Origin: a virus
Taxonomy: Duplodnaviria > Heunggongvirae > Uroviricota > Caudoviricetes
Virus record (IMG/VR): IMGVR_UViG_2724679236_000008
Length of the DNA: 64,000 bases
Strand: one strand, 5' to 3'
The translations under genes were made by a program, and so were the position numbers. The notes beneath the pieces were generated by a model. It ran no database searches and was not told the origin of the DNA. It worked only from the letters and a program-made list of their open reading frames with translations. Positions 1-11,308 of this stretch are shown here, piece after piece. Positions within the stretch are counted from its first letter, which is position 1. Each line of letters opens with the position of its first letter.

Positions 1-319
1 ACAGCTTATTTTGGCGCTTCGCGTTCTCGACTGCGGCACTGACAACAGCATTAACTCTTTGTTTTTCTGCCATTTCAGCCGCAATATGATCACCTGCATG
101 TTGATCATTAGAGTGATCAATGATCATGCTTTTTAGTGGCTTCCTGACTGGCTTATTTGGCTTGCGGCTGTCCACAGTCCTGGTGTCTTCTTTGAAGGCA
201 CGGAGATAACGACGTGCGGTATTAGGGTTAAGATTAAACTCGGCGGCATACTGTGCGATGGTGTAACCACCATCTCGCGCCAGGCGAGCAAAATTCTTCT
301 TGTGATCGTCCCAGGTCAC
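1..319 (-). CDS. pacA: DNA-packaging protein PacA (terminase small-subunit-like), N-terminal part; CDS runs off the window start
   Basis: Reverse frame open from window edge to GTG at 317-319 preceded by AGGAAG; translation [39 protein letters not shown] (HTH-like). Absent from ORF track (edge-truncated, GTG start). Matches recalled P1 PacA N-terminus. Confidence 0.7.
   Translation of the reverse strand, partial: MTWDDHKKNFARLARDGGYTIAQYAAEFNLNPNTARRYLRAFKEDTRTVDSRKPNKPVRKPLKSMIIDHSNDQHAGDHIAAEMAEKQRVNAVVSAAVENAKRQNKL
87..311. other. candidate pac packaging site: cluster of TGATCA/G hexamers inside the 5' part of pacA
   Basis: TGATCA at 87-92, 102-107, 114-119, 121-126 and TGATCG at 306-311; P1 pac is known to lie in 5' pacA and consist of such Dam-site hexamers. 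Confidence 0.5.
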
Positions 320-404
320 TTATGCTTCCTTTCGTAAAAACTCTTTTTGACGCGAGGGTAACGAAAGTCACATGTCAAAAGGCCCGGAACGGGCAAGCAA
401 TCAA

Positions 405-857
405 TCAGATACGTGCGGATGTGGCATTACCGTAATGACGGTGCTGACGGGCCACCTTATTGAAAAGTTGACGCGCCATTACCCAAGGCTGGTGCTCCCG
501 GCGTTCCTTTTCGTCCTGCGTCATATAGAGTTCGTTCTGGAGTTTTTCATCAAACCGGCGCGGAGCGCGGCTACGGCGAAAGAATTCAGGATTCAGAGAG
601 TGGATCTGAAATCTACGTGGGCGTGTACTGTCATCAATCAAAACAGACGAATACTTAGACACAGCGATAGCTTTTAAGCGCAGATAAACATCGCGCTTAT
701 CGACATCCAGATGCGGGTATTCCTTTTCAAGAATTGCTGCGAGTTCTTTCGCTGATAGAAGAGATTTAGTGCGGATCATGTAATCCGCAATCTCGTACGA
801 TGTTATTCGTGAGTGATTTATTTCCATGAAGTGGCGTCCCTGCCAGTTAAGTAACAT
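405..857 (-). CDS. lpa: late-promoter-activator-like protein (P1 Lpa position and size), 150 aa
   Basis: 150-aa ORF between pacA and the phd-doc block; C1-operator-like 17-mer about 70 bp upstream; identity from recalled gene order and size, no motif. Confidence 0.45.
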   Translation of the reverse strand: MLLNWQGRHFMEINHSRITSYEIADYMIRTKSLLSAKELAAILEKEYPHLDVDKRDVYLRLKAIAVSKYSSVLIDDSTRPRRFQIHSLNPEFFRRSRAPRRFDEKLQNELYMTQDEKERREHQPWVMARQLFNKVARQHRHYGNATSARI

Positions 858-926
858 CCTGTCACCTACTGATTAGCCCATGTCAACTAATCAACGTGGA
901 ATATAATACACTCGATTAATGAAATA

Positions 927-943
927 GCAATACATTAGAGCAA
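927..943. promoter_or_regulatory. C1-operator-like 17-mer (14/17 to AAATTTATTAGAGCAAT)
   Basis: caatacattagagcaat upstream of the lpa-like ORF. Confidence 0.4.
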
Positions 944-945
944 TT

Positions 946-1989
946 TTATCTAACACTCGACGAGTGACTTGTGATAGCGCCGACTCCAAGCGCGTAATCA
1001 AAGAACAATCGTTGATGCATCGCCAGCCTACCGTGCGTCTTCTCCCAATTATCGCGGTCACGCTCAATATCACGCTGGCATGACTGGCACAGAGGAATTG
1101 CGTAAATGTCATGCGCGCATAATCGACTATGACGAACGATATAAGGCGTAATGTGAGCGCCAGCTCCCGCCGCTCCACACCCACAGCATGGACGGGAAGC
1201 AACAAAGTCCATGTACTCAGGTAATTTTAGCGATTGCAGTTTTGGTATTTTGAAATGCGCCATGCCAGGGTCGGAGTCAACATCCACAGGGCATACTTTT
1301 GCACGCATCGGCGCGGCGCGTTCTTCCATCATCTGGACATATGCTGTAGCGCGATCGTCATACGGGCGAATATCCGCCTCTTTCAGAGGTCCGCTATCCT
1401 GCGTTGCGGCTTTCATCTTATTTATTGATATACGGTAAACTTCTTCCGGCATCAGGTGCATCATGTTGCGCATGAAAGCCCACCAGCACAGTTCCTGAAT
1501 ACTTAAATCATGGCCATCTGAAAGCCCCATTTCCTGACGGGCGACATCCAGTATCCAGTTAACGCGATTATTATGCAGCGTTTCTTTCAGCTCATTAAAA
1601 CCACGCATCCGGTAATGGTTATCGTGATGCCAGCACAACAACACCGCGCTCTTGTCTCGTTCAGCGTGGACAATATGGTTGTCACACCAACTACGATCTG
1701 CGGCCTGGCATTGCCCCTCTTTCCTGCGCAACCACGCCACCAGCGCGTCAATTCCACCAATACGGCGAAACAGTTCATCGCTGTTAAAAAACGGCTGCAA
1801 CGCCTCATTTGTTGCCATAGTTTGCTCGGAAACAACGAGGCCGTCGTCCATGTGCTCGATTAACTCACGCGGCACCGGCTCCATAATAAATTTACGGCCA
1901 GCCTCCACCAGCTTTCTGACTTCCTGATCCACTTTGAATGTGGCGACGCCAAGCTCTTTTTGTACAAAGGGAGTAATTACGGCTTTCAC
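946..1989 (-). CDS. conserved phage protein with C-terminal Cys-rich putative zinc-binding region (P1 PdcB position)
   Basis: 347-aa ORF; Cys cluster PCCGCG...LCAHD...CQSCQ near C-terminus; no catalytic motif recognised. Confidence 0.6.
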   Translation of the reverse strand: MKAVITPFVQKELGVATFKVDQEVRKLVEAGRKFIMEPVPRELIEHMDDGLVVSEQTMATNEALQPFFNSDELFRRIGGIDALVAWLRRKEGQCQAADRSWCDNHIVHAERDKSAVLLCWHHDNHYRMRGFNELKETLHNNRVNWILDVARQEMGLSDGHDLSIQELCWWAFMRNMMHLMPEEVYRISINKMKAATQDSGPLKEADIRPYDDRATAYVQMMEERAAPMRAKVCPVDVDSDPGMAHFKIPKLQSLKLPEYMDFVASRPCCGCGAAGAGAHITPYIVRHSRLCAHDIYAIPLCQSCQRDIERDRDNWEKTHGRLAMHQRLFFDYALGVGAITSHSSSVR

Positions 1990-2016
1990 ATCACACCTTT
2001 CATCACTGATTGGGCT

Positions 2017-2217
2017 TTATCTGCTGCCCGGCATTCTCTGTTTAAGCACAACCATTTCCTGACGGCATAACACAGCATTAGCGGTCCTGACACCAACTTG
2101 CTTACCAACCAGGTATTGCTTTACCTCGCGGCGACTCACGCCATCAAGAAGCATCTTTAACGCTTCACGGGACAATTTGTTGTATTTGCGTGCCATTAAT
2201 CTACTCCGCAGAACCAT
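2017..2217 (-). CDS. small basic protein, 66 aa (P1 PdcA position); uncertain
   Basis: ORF overlapping the doc 3' end by 17 nt; K/R-rich; start not verified. Confidence 0.3.
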   Translation of the reverse strand: MVLRSRLMARKYNKLSREALKMLLDGVSRREVKQYLVGKQVGVRTANAVLCRQEMVVLKQRMPGSR

Positions 2218-2581
2218 ACAATCTACGTAACGTGTCGGCGACAGAAGATACAGATATCTCGCCAGTCGCAGCGCCTACAGTAAGGTCTGCCAGTTCAGGT
2301 GAATCAAATACCTGCACCCCGTTACGGCGTAGAAATAACAGCGCACTGTTTAGCGCGGTACGCTTATTGGCATCATTGAATATATGCCCTCTCGCTGTAG
2401 CCACCAGGTAGGTGGCGGAGACTTCGAAAAGGTCGGTGATCTCTTCGTAGGCAACTCTGGCCTGAACTCTCCCGATAATGGCCTCTGCCCTACCCGGATC
2501 TGACATTCCCGGCAGGCCGCCGTAGCGGTTTATATTCGCATCATGAAGCGCAATAAGTTCTTCCGGTGATATATGCCTCAT
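2201..2581 (-). CDS. doc: Doc toxin (Fic/Doc family), 126 aa
   Basis: [22 protein letters not shown]...[12 protein letters not shown] with Fic-type motif; matches recalled P1 Doc; ATGA overlap with phd. Confidence 0.95.
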   Translation of the reverse strand: MRHISPEELIALHDANINRYGGLPGMSDPGRAEAIIGRVQARVAYEEITDLFEVSATYLVATARGHIFNDANKRTALNSALLFLRRNGVQVFDSPELADLTVGAATGEISVSSVADTLRRLYGSAE

Positions 2582-2802
2582 TATCGGTTAACCAGTTCCT
2601 TGTTGGTGGAGTCCAGGGTGTCAAACAGGGATGCAAATTCAGCATCCAGCGCCGCTTTTTTGTAGGCTTCGAAAGTAGCCTTGCTGACAATTACTGCTGG
2701 CTCACGGCCTCTGCGGGTGATTTCAACCTCTTCCCCGGCTTCAACATTGTTGAGCACTTCAGAAAGGTTGCCGCGCGCGGTACGGAAGTTAATGGATTGC
2801 AT
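2581..2802 (-). CDS. phd: Phd antitoxin, 73 aa
   Basis: [49 protein letters not shown] matches recalled P1 Phd; track ORF begins two codons upstream. Confidence 0.95.
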   Translation of the reverse strand: MQSINFRTARGNLSEVLNNVEAGEEVEITRRGREPAVIVSKATFEAYKKAALDAEFASLFDTLDSTNKELVNR

Positions 2803-2823
2803 AAACACCTCGTGTACTCGTTA

Positions 2824-2833
2824 TGTGTACACA
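2824..2833. promoter_or_regulatory. perfect palindrome TGTGTACACA upstream of phd (candidate Phd/Doc autoregulatory operator)
   Basis: 10-bp palindrome about 22 bp upstream of the phd start in the divergent phd/hsdM intergenic region. Confidence 0.35.
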
Positions 2834-2978
2834 ATTATAAACTTCACAGGCATAAAGCACCAGCACTTTGCGGCTTAACAAACCTCTAGGCAGGTCATTC
2901 GTAGCCTAATGTCCGAACTGCTAAAGCATCCAAGTTGCTGTAGAATCACATCCAATTACATAAGCCTGAAATAAGTGG

Positions 2979-4540
2979 ATGAAAATGACAAGTATTCAAC
3001 AACGTGCAGAGCTTCATCGTCAAATCTGGCAAATTGCTAACGATGTCAGGGGTTCGGTCGATGGATGGGATTTTAAGCAATACGTTCTGGGCGCACTTTT
3101 CTACCGTTTTATCAGCGAAAATTTTTCCAGCTATATTGAAGCCGGTGATGACAGTATCTGTTATGCGAAACTGGATGACAGCGTAATTACTGATGACATT
3201 AAAGACGATGCCATCAAAACTAAAGGCTACTTCATCTACCCAAGTCAGCTTTTCTGCAACGTAGCTGCGAAAGCAAATACCAATGACAGACTGAATGCAG
3301 ATTTAAACAGTATCTTCGTTGCTATCGAAAGTTCTGCTTACGGTTACCCTTCAGAAGCTGACATCAAAGGTTTGTTTGCTGATTTCGATACCACCAGTAA
3401 CCGCCTGGGTAACACCGTTAAGGATAAAAATGCCCGCCTGGCTGCGGTTCTGAAAGGGGTTGAAGGGTTAAAACTTGGTGACTTCAACGAACATCAGATT
3501 GACCTGTTCGGCGATGCCTATGAGTTCCTGATTTCTAACTATGCGGCGAATGCTGGTAAGTCAGGCGGCGAGTTTTTTACACCGCAGCATGTCTCTAAGC
3601 TGATTGCACAACTGGCTATGCACGGGCAGACCCACGTTAACAAAATCTACGACCCAGCCGCAGGTTCCGGTTCGCTGTTGTTACAGGCGAAAAAGCAGTT
3701 TGATGACCATATCATCGAAGAAGGCTTTTTTGGTCAGGAGATCAACCATACGACCTATAACCTGGCGCGTATGAACATGTTTTTGCACAACATCAACTAC
3801 GACAAGTTTGATATCAAGCTGGGCAATACGCTGACTGAGCCGCACTTCAGAGATGAAAAACCGTTTGATGCCATCGTTTCTAACCCGCCATATTCGGTGA
3901 AATGGATTGGCAGTGATGACCCGACGCTGATTAACGATGAACGTTTTGCCCCTGCTGGCGTTCTGGCCCCAAATCAAAAGCTGACTTCGCCTTTGTACTA
4001 CATGCGCTGAACTATCTTTCTGCCAAAGGTCGTGCTGCGATTGTCTGCTTCCCGGGTATTTTTTACCGTGGCGGCGCAGAGCAGAAAATCCGTCAGTATC
4101 TGGTCGACAATAACTATGTCGAAACCGTGATTTCACTGGCACCGAATCTGTTCTTTGGCACCACTATTGCCGTAAACATTCTGGTGCTGTCTAAACATAA
4201 AACGGATACCAAAGTTCAGTTTATTGATGCCAGCGAGCTGTTTAAAAAAGAAACTAACAACAATACCCTGACCGATGCCCATATCGAACAGATTATGCAG
4301 GTATTTGCCAGCAAGGAAGATGTTGCTCATCTGGCGAAATCTGTTGCGTTTGAGACTGTTGTCGCGAATGACTATAACCTGTCGGTGAGCAGCTATGTGG
4401 AAGCGAAAGATACTCGCGAAATTATCGATATCGCTGAGTTGAATGCAGAGCTGAAAAGCACCGTCGGCAAAATCGACCAGTTGCGCAAAGATATTGATGC
4501 GATTGTGGCTGAAATTGAAGGCTGCGAGGTGCAGAAATGA
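2979..4540 (+). pseudogene. hsdM: type I R-M methyltransferase subunit HsdM, interrupted by a 1-nt frameshift at the CCCCAAA tract (3967-3973)
   Basis: Frame 1 (2979-4010) has N6-adenine MTase motifs including NPPYSVKW, then stops. Frame at -1 continues [63 protein letters not shown] to 4540. Combined length about 520 aa. Confidence 0.85.
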
Positions 4541-5730
4541 GCGAGATGAGTTATCTGGAAAAATTGCTGGATGGGGTTGAGGTTGAGTGGTTGCCATTGG
4601 GGGAAGTCTCAGCCTTAAGAAGAGGCAGAGTTATGTCAAAGGGATATTTAACTGAAAATTTTGGCCCATATCCTGTCTATAGCTCTCAAACTGCAAATAA
4701 TGGGAAAATAGGTTCTATCAATACCTTCGATTTTGATGGCGAATATATAAGCTGGACAACAGATGGCGCAAATGCAGGCACTGTGTTCTATCGAACAGGT
4801 AAATTTTCAATAACTAATGTTTGCGGCCTGATTACATTAAAAAGTAAATACCCATTAATCTACAAATTTCTGTTTTACTGGCTAACAATAGAAGCCAAAA
4901 AACATGTTTACTCAGGAATGGGAAACCCCAAGTTAATGAGTCATCAGGTTGAAAATATACCTGTACCAATCCCCTGCCCGGATAATCCGGAAAAATCCCT
5001 TGCCATCCAGTCTGAAATCGTCCGGATTCTGGATACATTTACTGCAATTACCGCTGAGCTTAACATGCGTAAAAAACAGTACAACTACTATCGCGACCGG
5101 TTATTTAGTTTTGGTGCCCACGATGTTAAACGTCTGAAATTAGGAGAGCTATGTGTAATTGGAGACGGTTTGCATGGTACTCCAGAATATGACGCCAACG
5201 GTGATTATTTCTTTATCAATGGAAACAATTTAGGCTATCAAAAAATATCATTTAACGATAACACAAAAAAGGTTAATGATTCTATGTTTAAAAAACACGG
5301 AATTCATTTTGACCCAATAAATACTGTTTTCCTGTCAATTAATGGCACAATTGGAAATGTTTCCTTTTACAATAATGAGAAGATCGTACTCGGTAAGTCT
5401 GTGGCCTATTTTAAAATTAAATCACCTGAACTCCACACTAGATATCTTTTCTATTTCCTGCAAACCAATTACGCAAAACAGTATTTTGAAAATCAAAAAA
5501 CAGGTTCAACTATTAAAAACTTAGGTTTAAAATCGTTGAGAGCATTTGAAATACCTATCCCATCATACGATGAACAACTTTATATCGTCGCCACGATGGA
5601 TAAATTTTACAACCTGACAAACTCCATCACCGAAGGCCTTCCGCGTGAAATCGAGTTGCGCCAGAAACAATACGAATACTACCGTGATTTACTTTTCAGT
5701 TTCCCGAAACCTGAAACTGTCAGTAATTAA
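4537..5730 (+). CDS. hsdS: type I R-M specificity subunit HsdS, 397 aa, type IC-like
   Basis: Two AT-rich variable target-recognition regions separated by conserved TAEL...[15 protein letters not shown] and C-terminal [26 protein letters not shown] overlap with hsdM end. Confidence 0.9.
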   Translation: MSEMSYLEKLLDGVEVEWLPLGEVSALRRGRVMSKGYLTENFGPYPVYSSQTANNGKIGSINTFDFDGEYISWTTDGANAGTVFYRTGKFSITNVCGLITLKSKYPLIYKFLFYWLTIEAKKHVYSGMGNPKLMSHQVENIPVPIPCPDNPEKSLAIQSEIVRILDTFTAITAELNMRKKQYNYYRDRLFSFGAHDVKRLKLGELCVIGDGLHGTPEYDANGDYFFINGNNLGYQKISFNDNTKKVNDSMFKKHGIHFDPINTVFLSINGTIGNVSFYNNEKIVLGKSVAYFKIKSPELHTRYLFYFLQTNYAKQYFENQKTGSTIKNLGLKSLRAFEIPIPSYDEQLYIVATMDKFYNLTNSITEGLPREIELRQKQYEYYRDLLFSFPKPETVSN

Positions 5731-5851
5731 TTGACCATTGCTACCGATCGGGCCACCTTAACACCCGGTCAGTATATAGACTATTTTTTACGCGCCGGAA
5801 GTCACTCTTAACGCCCTTCCGGCTCTTGCCAGGCGGCACAAAGGATGCGCT

Positions 5852-8800
5852 ATGACTCATCAAACACACACCATTGCTGAATCCAATAACTTTATCGTCC
5901 TTGATAAGTACATCAAAGCTGAGCAAACAAGCGACAGCTACCAGAGCGAATCGGACCTGGAACGTGAACTGATTCAGGACCTGCGGAATCAGGGTTATGA
6001 ATTTATTTCCGTAAAATCACAGTCGGCAATGCTGTCCAATGTTCGGGAACAGCTTCAGAGCCTCAATGGTGTGATGTTTAATGACAGCGAGTGGCGGCGC
6101 TTCACGGAGCAGTATCTGGACAACCCCAGCGATGGTATTCTGGATAAAACCCGTAAAATCCATATCGACTATATCTGCGACTTTATTTTTGACGACGGGC
6201 GACTTGAGAACATCTATTTGATAGATAAAAAGAATCTCATGCGCAATAAGGTGCAGATTATCCAGCAGTTTGAACAGACGGGTTCTCATGCTAACCGTTA
6301 TGACGTCACGATCCTGGTTAATGGTTTACCGCTGGTGCAAATCGAACTAAAAAAACGCGGGGTGGCGATTCGTGAGGCTTTCAACCAGATACATCGTTAC
6401 AGTAAAGAGAGTTTTAACAGCGAAAATTCCCTGTTTAAGTATCTGCAGCTGTTCGTCATTTCCAACGGCACCGATACCCGTTATTTTGCCAACACGACAA
6501 AGCGCGATAAAAACAGTTTTGACTTCACCATGAACTGGGCGAAATCAGACAACACGCTGATTAAAGACCTCAAAGACTTTACCGCCACCTTTTTCCAGAA
6601 ACATACTCTGCTGAATGTTCTGGTGAACTACAGCGTGTTTGACAGTAGTCAGACACTACTGGTGATGCGACCGTACCAGATTGCTGCCACCGAGCGCATT
6701 CTGTGGAAAATTAAGAGTTCCTTTACAGCGAAGAACTGGTCAAAACCGGAAAGCGGTGGGTATATCTGGCACACTACCGGTTCTGGTAAAACCCTCACCA
6801 GCTTTAAAGCCGCGCGTCTGGCAACAGAGCTGGACTTTATTGATAAAGTCTTCTTTGTGGTCGACAGGAAAGACCTCGATTACCAGACCATGAAGGAATA
6901 TCAGCGTTTTTCGCCAGACAGCGTCAACGGCTCGGAAAATACCGCAGGCCTTAAACGAAATCTGGATAAGGACGATAACAAAATTATCGTCACTACTATT
7001 CAGAAACTCAATAACCTGATGAAAGCAGAAAGCGACCTGCCTGTATATAATCAGCAAGTGGTGTTTATATTTGATGAATGCCACCGCAGCCAGTTTGGAG
7101 AAGCGCAGAAAAACCTGAAGAAGAAATTCAAACGCTATTATCAGTTTGGTTTTACCGGCACCCCTATTTTCCCGGAAAACGCCTTAGGCTCAGAAACAAC
7201 CGCCAGCGTATTTGGTCGTGAATTGCATTCGTATGTAATTACCGATGCGATTCGTGACGAAAAAGTGCTCAAATTCAAGGTGGACTACAACGATGTGCGG
7301 CCACAGTTTAAGTCTTTAGAGACAGAAACTGACGAGAAAAAACTAAGTGCGGCTGAAAATCAGCAGGCGTTTCTTCATCCCATGCGTATTCAGGAAATCA
7401 CGCAATATATTCTGAATAATTTCCGCCAGAAAACCCACCGTACCTTCCCTGGCTCAAAAGGTTTTAATGCTATGTTGGCAGTAAGCAGCGTGGATGCTGC
7501 AAAAGCCTATTATGCGACGTTTAAACGGTTACAAGAGGAAGCAGCTAATAAATCGGCTACCTATAAACCGCTGCGTGTTGCGACAATCTTCTCCTTTGCC
7601 GCTAATGAAGAACAAAATGCCATTGGTGAAATTTCCGATGAAACTTTTGATACCAGCGCAATGGACAGCAGTGCTAAAGAGTTTCTGGACGCTGCAATTC
7701 GTGAATATAACAGCCATTTTAAAACTAACTTCAGCACCGACAGTAACGGTTTTCAGAACTACTATCGTGATTTAGCCCAGCGGGTTAAAAATCAGGATAT
7801 CGATCTGCTAATTGTCGTGGGGATGTTTTTAACCGGCTTCGATGCTCCAACATTGAACACGCTATTCGTCGATAAAAACTTGCGTTTTCACGGCCTGATG
7901 CAGGCATTTTCCCGCACCAACCGTATTTATGATGCAACTAAAACCTTCGGTAATATCGTCACTTTCCGGGATCTGGAACGCTCAACTATTGATGCCATAA
8001 CGCTGTTTGGTGACAAAAACACCAAAAATGTGGTGTTAGAAAAGAGTTATACAGAGTATATGGAAGGCTTTACTGATGCTGCTACTGGTGAAGCTAAACG
8101 CGGCTTCATGACAGTAGTTTCAGAACTGGAACAACGGTTCCCTGACCCTACCAGTATTGAAAGTGAAAAAGAGAAGAAAGACTTCGTTAAACTGTTTGGC
8201 GAATACCTGCGTGCCGAGAACATCCTGCAAAACTATGATGAATTTGCCACGCTAAAAGCCCTGCAACGAATCGATCTTAGCGATCCTGTTGCGGTAGAAA
8301 AATTCAAAGCAGAACATTATGTGGATGATGAAAAGTTCGCTGAATTGCAAACAATTCGTCTCCCTGCTGATCGCAAGATTCAGGATTATCGTTCTGCCTA
8401 TAACGATATTCGCGACTGGCAGCGCCGTGAGAAAGAAGCTGAGAAAAAAGAGAAATCAACCACTGACTGGGATGACGTAGTTTTTGAGGTCGATTTGCTG
8501 AAGTCTCAGGAAATAAACCTGGATTATATCCTTGGACTGATTTTCGAACACAACAGACAAAATAAAGGCAAGGGCGAAATGATCGAAGAGGTCAAACGCT
8601 TAATTCGTTCAAGCCTAGGGAACCGTGCTAAAGAGGGCCTGGTGGTCGATTTTATTCAGCAAACGAACCTGGATGATTTACCGGACAAAGCCAGCATCAT
8701 TGACGCATTCTTTACGTTTGCTCAACGCGAACAGCAACGTGAAGCAGAAGCATTGATAAAAGAAGAAAATCTCAATGAAGATGCAGCAAAACGCTATATT

Positions 8801-8968
8801 CGCACGTCTTTAAAACGCGAATATGCCACCGAAAATGGCACAGAATTAAACGAAACATTACCAAAACTTAGTCCGTTGAATCCGCAATATAAAACGAAAA
8901 AACAGGCAGTTTTCCAGAAAATCGTCTCGTTTATTGAGAAGTTTAAAGGCGTAGGCGGAAAAATATAG
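5852..8968 (+). CDS. hsdR: type I restriction endonuclease subunit HsdR, 1038 aa
   Basis: Superfamily-2 helicase motifs ([15 protein letters not shown]) with N-terminal nuclease region; length typical of type IC HsdR. Confidence 0.9.
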   Translation: MTHQTHTIAESNNFIVLDKYIKAEQTSDSYQSESDLERELIQDLRNQGYEFISVKSQSAMLSNVREQLQSLNGVMFNDSEWRRFTEQYLDNPSDGILDKTRKIHIDYICDFIFDDGRLENIYLIDKKNLMRNKVQIIQQFEQTGSHANRYDVTILVNGLPLVQIELKKRGVAIREAFNQIHRYSKESFNSENSLFKYLQLFVISNGTDTRYFANTTKRDKNSFDFTMNWAKSDNTLIKDLKDFTATFFQKHTLLNVLVNYSVFDSSQTLLVMRPYQIAATERILWKIKSSFTAKNWSKPESGGYIWHTTGSGKTLTSFKAARLATELDFIDKVFFVVDRKDLDYQTMKEYQRFSPDSVNGSENTAGLKRNLDKDDNKIIVTTIQKLNNLMKAESDLPVYNQQVVFIFDECHRSQFGEAQKNLKKKFKRYYQFGFTGTPIFPENALGSETTASVFGRELHSYVITDAIRDEKVLKFKVDYNDVRPQFKSLETETDEKKLSAAENQQAFLHPMRIQEITQYILNNFRQKTHRTFPGSKGFNAMLAVSSVDAAKAYYATFKRLQEEAANKSATYKPLRVATIFSFAANEEQNAIGEISDETFDTSAMDSSAKEFLDAAIREYNSHFKTNFSTDSNGFQNYYRDLAQRVKNQDIDLLIVVGMFLTGFDAPTLNTLFVDKNLRFHGLMQAFSRTNRIYDATKTFGNIVTFRDLERSTIDAITLFGDKNTKNVVLEKSYTEYMEGFTDAATGEAKRGFMTVVSELEQRFPDPTSIESEKEKKDFVKLFGEYLRAENILQNYDEFATLKALQRIDLSDPVAVEKFKAEHYVDDEKFAELQTIRLPADRKIQDYRSAYNDIRDWQRREKEAEKKEKSTTDWDDVVFEVDLLKSQEINLDYILGLIFEHNRQNKGKGEMIEEVKRLIRSSLGNRAKEGLVVDFIQQTNLDDLPDKASIIDAFFTFAQREQQREAEALIKEENLNEDAAKRYIRTSLKREYATENGTELNETLPKLSPLNPQYKTKKQAVFQKIVSFIEKFKGVGGKI

Positions 8969-9047
8969 CCCAATTCGTATTTTTCTTGCGGGTTCTTAAT
9001 TAAACCCGCAAGAGACCGTGGGGTTCCAAATGGCTAATATACTCCCC

Positions 9048-9134
9048 TTACCCATGCGCGACAATGCTGCCAAAAGTGATAGAGAACAGCCAGAAATAGA
9101 TCGCGGCCATAATGATTTTGAATGCCGTGTTCAT
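9048..9134 (-). CDS. 28-aa hydrophobic peptide (MNTAFKIIMAAIYFWLFSITFGSIVAHG); possible small membrane toxin-like gene
   Basis: ATG at 9134-9132 with AGGAG about 8 nt upstream, TAA stop at 9048-9050; single predicted TM helix; below ORF-track size cutoff. Confidence 0.4.
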   Translation of the reverse strand: MNTAFKIIMAAIYFWLFSITFGSIVAHG

Positions 9135-9216
9135 ATTTTCAGCTCCTGTGATTGATTGGATACATGCCGCGCCTTGCGGCATGTTTTTATTTTCACTTTC
9201 TCTGTTTTGAAAATCA

Positions 9217-9233
9217 AGATTTATTAGAGCAAT
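9217..9233. promoter_or_regulatory. C1-operator-like 17-mer (16/17)
   Basis: agatttattagagcaat overlapping the stop codon of the HAD gene, upstream of the 28-aa peptide ORF. Confidence 0.5.
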
Positions 9234-9739
9234 TATTGTTGATGGAGAAGCGCGTTTTCATACTCCCTGACCATTAACGTAAGTACGCCGTGACTCCTGA
9301 AAACACGCGCCACTTCAATCTTATCTTCCAGCGCGAACGCAATTTTACTTAAACCAATTTTCTTCAGGAGATCAATCTTTGCTGGACCGTCATTTCTGTC
9401 ATCGGTGGCAGGACGCATAGATAGCAAAGGCTCAGCCCCATTTGTTACGTGCTTACGCAACCAGGCTCGTGTTTTATCCCTGGCTATCTCACAGCGCCCG
9501 GTTACAAACCAGAGGGTGTAAATGCCGGACAACTGGCGCACCATATCAATAACTGGAGTGATGGGAGCATCAGTGTCACAGGCAAGGTTAAACTCGTTCC
9601 AGTGCTCTGTTAATGCACCTTTGCCAGGTGGTGGAAGTAAATGCAGCCTGTCTTCCGTTGCCTCTGATATCGTCCCATCAATATCTACTATGACGATGTA
9701 CGGACGTTCCTGGTGTGCGTGTTTATTGAAAATACTCAA
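9233..9739 (-). CDS. HAD-superfamily phosphatase (polynucleotide 3'-phosphatase / nucleotidase-like), 168 aa
   Basis: Motif I IVIVDIDGTI near N-terminus; apparent TTG start; small HAD fold. Confidence 0.65.
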   Translation of the reverse strand: MSIFNKHAHQERPYIVIVDIDGTISEATEDRLHLLPPPGKGALTEHWNEFNLACDTDAPITPVIDMVRQLSGIYTLWFVTGRCEIARDKTRAWLRKHVTNGAEPLLSMRPATDDRNDGPAKIDLLKKIGLSKIAFALEDKIEVARVFRSHGVLTLMVREYENALLHQQ

Positions 9740-9757
9740 ATGCCCTCCTCATTGGAC

Positions 9758-9789
9758 GAAAAAAATGCTGGTGGGAGCACTCCACCAGC
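9758..9789 (-). terminator. rho-independent terminator (reverse strand) between coiled-coil gene and HAD gene
   Basis: Hairpin gctggtggagtgctcccaccagc followed by a U-run on the reverse strand. Confidence 0.55.
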
Positions 9790-9811
9790 ATTAAAAGTGA
9801 CACTGTAACTA

Positions 9812-11074
9812 TCAGCGAACGTAAATAGTGCCGCCGTTCTCTTTTTCCCATGCATCGCTACGTGCATAGCAAACATCGAGAAGTCTTCTTGCCGCAGTTT
9901 CCTCTAAACCCAATTCGACAACCAACTGCTCATGACGGCGGGTAACCACATCAAACAGGGTATGCAACCCTTTAGTTGCCAGATCATCAATGAATTCCGG
10001 TTCGAACGGCAGCTCTGCATCTGCCAACATAACCTCTTGCGCCCACTCAACTCGACGGACCAATTCCGGGCGGCGGCTTTCCATCTCTTTACAGATCAAT
10101 TCATGGAAGAACTCTACCCAACCTTCCGGCTGGAACTCGCGGAAAATTGCCAACGGCTGGAAGTTTGGCATCAACCATTCGTTGATTCGGATATCAATGG
10201 CATAGCCCATGTCGCAGCAGAACTGATAAGCAAAGTCCAGCTTAGAAACGATATAAGGACGCTCGTTATTGAACTCTTTAGGCGATGAGATCCCATAAGC
10301 CAGGAGGCGCGGGAAGAAGGAGATTTGCCCTAACGTCGGATGAAGTTTGCTTGCAGGGAAACGGCGCTCAGTAATGCCATACATTTCCTTCTTGAGCGTC
10401 GCAAATTTGGCATTCTCATTAACCAGCGCGGTAACCTCTGCTTTTTTATTAGCAAATGCCACGCGCGCTTCGCTTGCATCTTTAATAGTTTTTTTGAGCT
10501 GTTGGTTAAGGTCGGCGACCTGCTTACGCAGTTCCTGTCGCTCGCTTTTAGCTTTGTTATAGCGTTTCTCAAGGTTAAAAGGATCAAGTTTCATGATCTC
10601 TTTATATTGAGATTTTAGCGTTGAAATCTGTGAGTTCCGCAGTTCAACCATCGCGGTCATTTCATTGAGTTTTGTTTCCAGCTCAATGCTTATACGTTCG
10701 GCATTATCAGCACGCTGGTTGGCGTCATGCGTCGCATCGTCGATCGCGTCCTGTTGCTGGCGTTTCAAATGTTCAATTTGCAGCTGAAGCTCTTCAATTT
10801 CTTTACCCTTCAGACCGAGATCCAACTGCATATTTTCAGCTGCATCTACCAGGGAGTTATGGCTATCAGCTTCTGCGTTATAAACATCAATAAGCTGTGC
10901 GTGAAGCATCTCCGCTGACTGAACCGCATTATCAAAAAAACGTGCTGTGAGGTCATCACAACTAACGCGGCGTTGCGCGGCCCGGATGTTCTGGATAATG
11001 GCCGGGATACCGGCATTCAGGACATCAGGGATAGATACATTTTCGATTGATTGGTTTTGTGCTGAAGTGCTCAT
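9812..11074 (-). CDS. 420-aa protein: N-terminal ~240-aa coiled coil plus C-terminal globular domain of unknown function
   Basis: Heptad-rich N-terminus (QLQIEHLKRQQQDAIDDATHD...); C-terminal domain with no recognisable motif; translationally coupled to upstream 72-aa ORF. Confidence 0.75.
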   Translation of the reverse strand: MSTSAQNQSIENVSIPDVLNAGIPAIIQNIRAAQRRVSCDDLTARFFDNAVQSAEMLHAQLIDVYNAEADSHNSLVDAAENMQLDLGLKGKEIEELQLQIEHLKRQQQDAIDDATHDANQRADNAERISIELETKLNEMTAMVELRNSQISTLKSQYKEIMKLDPFNLEKRYNKAKSERQELRKQVADLNQQLKKTIKDASEARVAFANKKAEVTALVNENAKFATLKKEMYGITERRFPASKLHPTLGQISFFPRLLAYGISSPKEFNNERPYIVSKLDFAYQFCCDMGYAIDIRINEWLMPNFQPLAIFREFQPEGWVEFFHELICKEMESRRPELVRRVEWAQEVMLADAELPFEPEFIDDLATKGLHTLFDVVTRRHEQLVVELGLEETAARRLLDVCYARSDAWEKENGGTIYVR

Positions 11075-11075
11075 T

Positions 11076-11294
11076 TCAAAGTTCCGTATTAGCTTGTGCT
11101 TCGGTCATTTTTCCTAAGTATGAAGGAGGAAGGACTACGCAATTTGTATCCAATCCCTCACCTATGGCAGCCTGTAAAATTCTGGCTAAGGTGAGTCTCT
11201 TGTTGCGATACCTGGTGATGACATGCCTGATACTGCCGGTCGGCGTAACAAAGGCGATCAGCCAGTAGTGATATTTCCGTCGGAATGGCCACAT
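11076..11294 (-). CDS. 72-aa hypothetical protein, first gene of a C1-operator-controlled pair
   Basis: ORF ending at the start of the 420-aa gene; two C1-operator-like sites immediately upstream. Confidence 0.45.
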   Translation of the reverse strand: MWPFRRKYHYWLIAFVTPTGSIRHVITRYRNKRLTLARILQAAIGEGLDTNCVVLPPSYLGKMTEAQANTEL

Positions 11295-11308
11295 AGTGCA
11301 CCCTGTAG

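Noticed and set aside
6017-7084. Antisense ORFs inside hsdR (90 and 114 aa)
   Set aside because: Fully embedded in a well-supported coding gene on the opposite strand with no independent signals.
2979-8968. Transposon or integron origin of the hsd locus
   Set aside because: No transposase, integrase, attC-like site or terminal inverted repeats were seen flanking the locus; acquisition mechanism left open.
8984-9012. Stable stem-loop (cttgcgggtt...aacccgcaag) just after hsdR
   Set aside because: No U-run follows the hairpin on either strand, so it is not called a rho-independent terminator.
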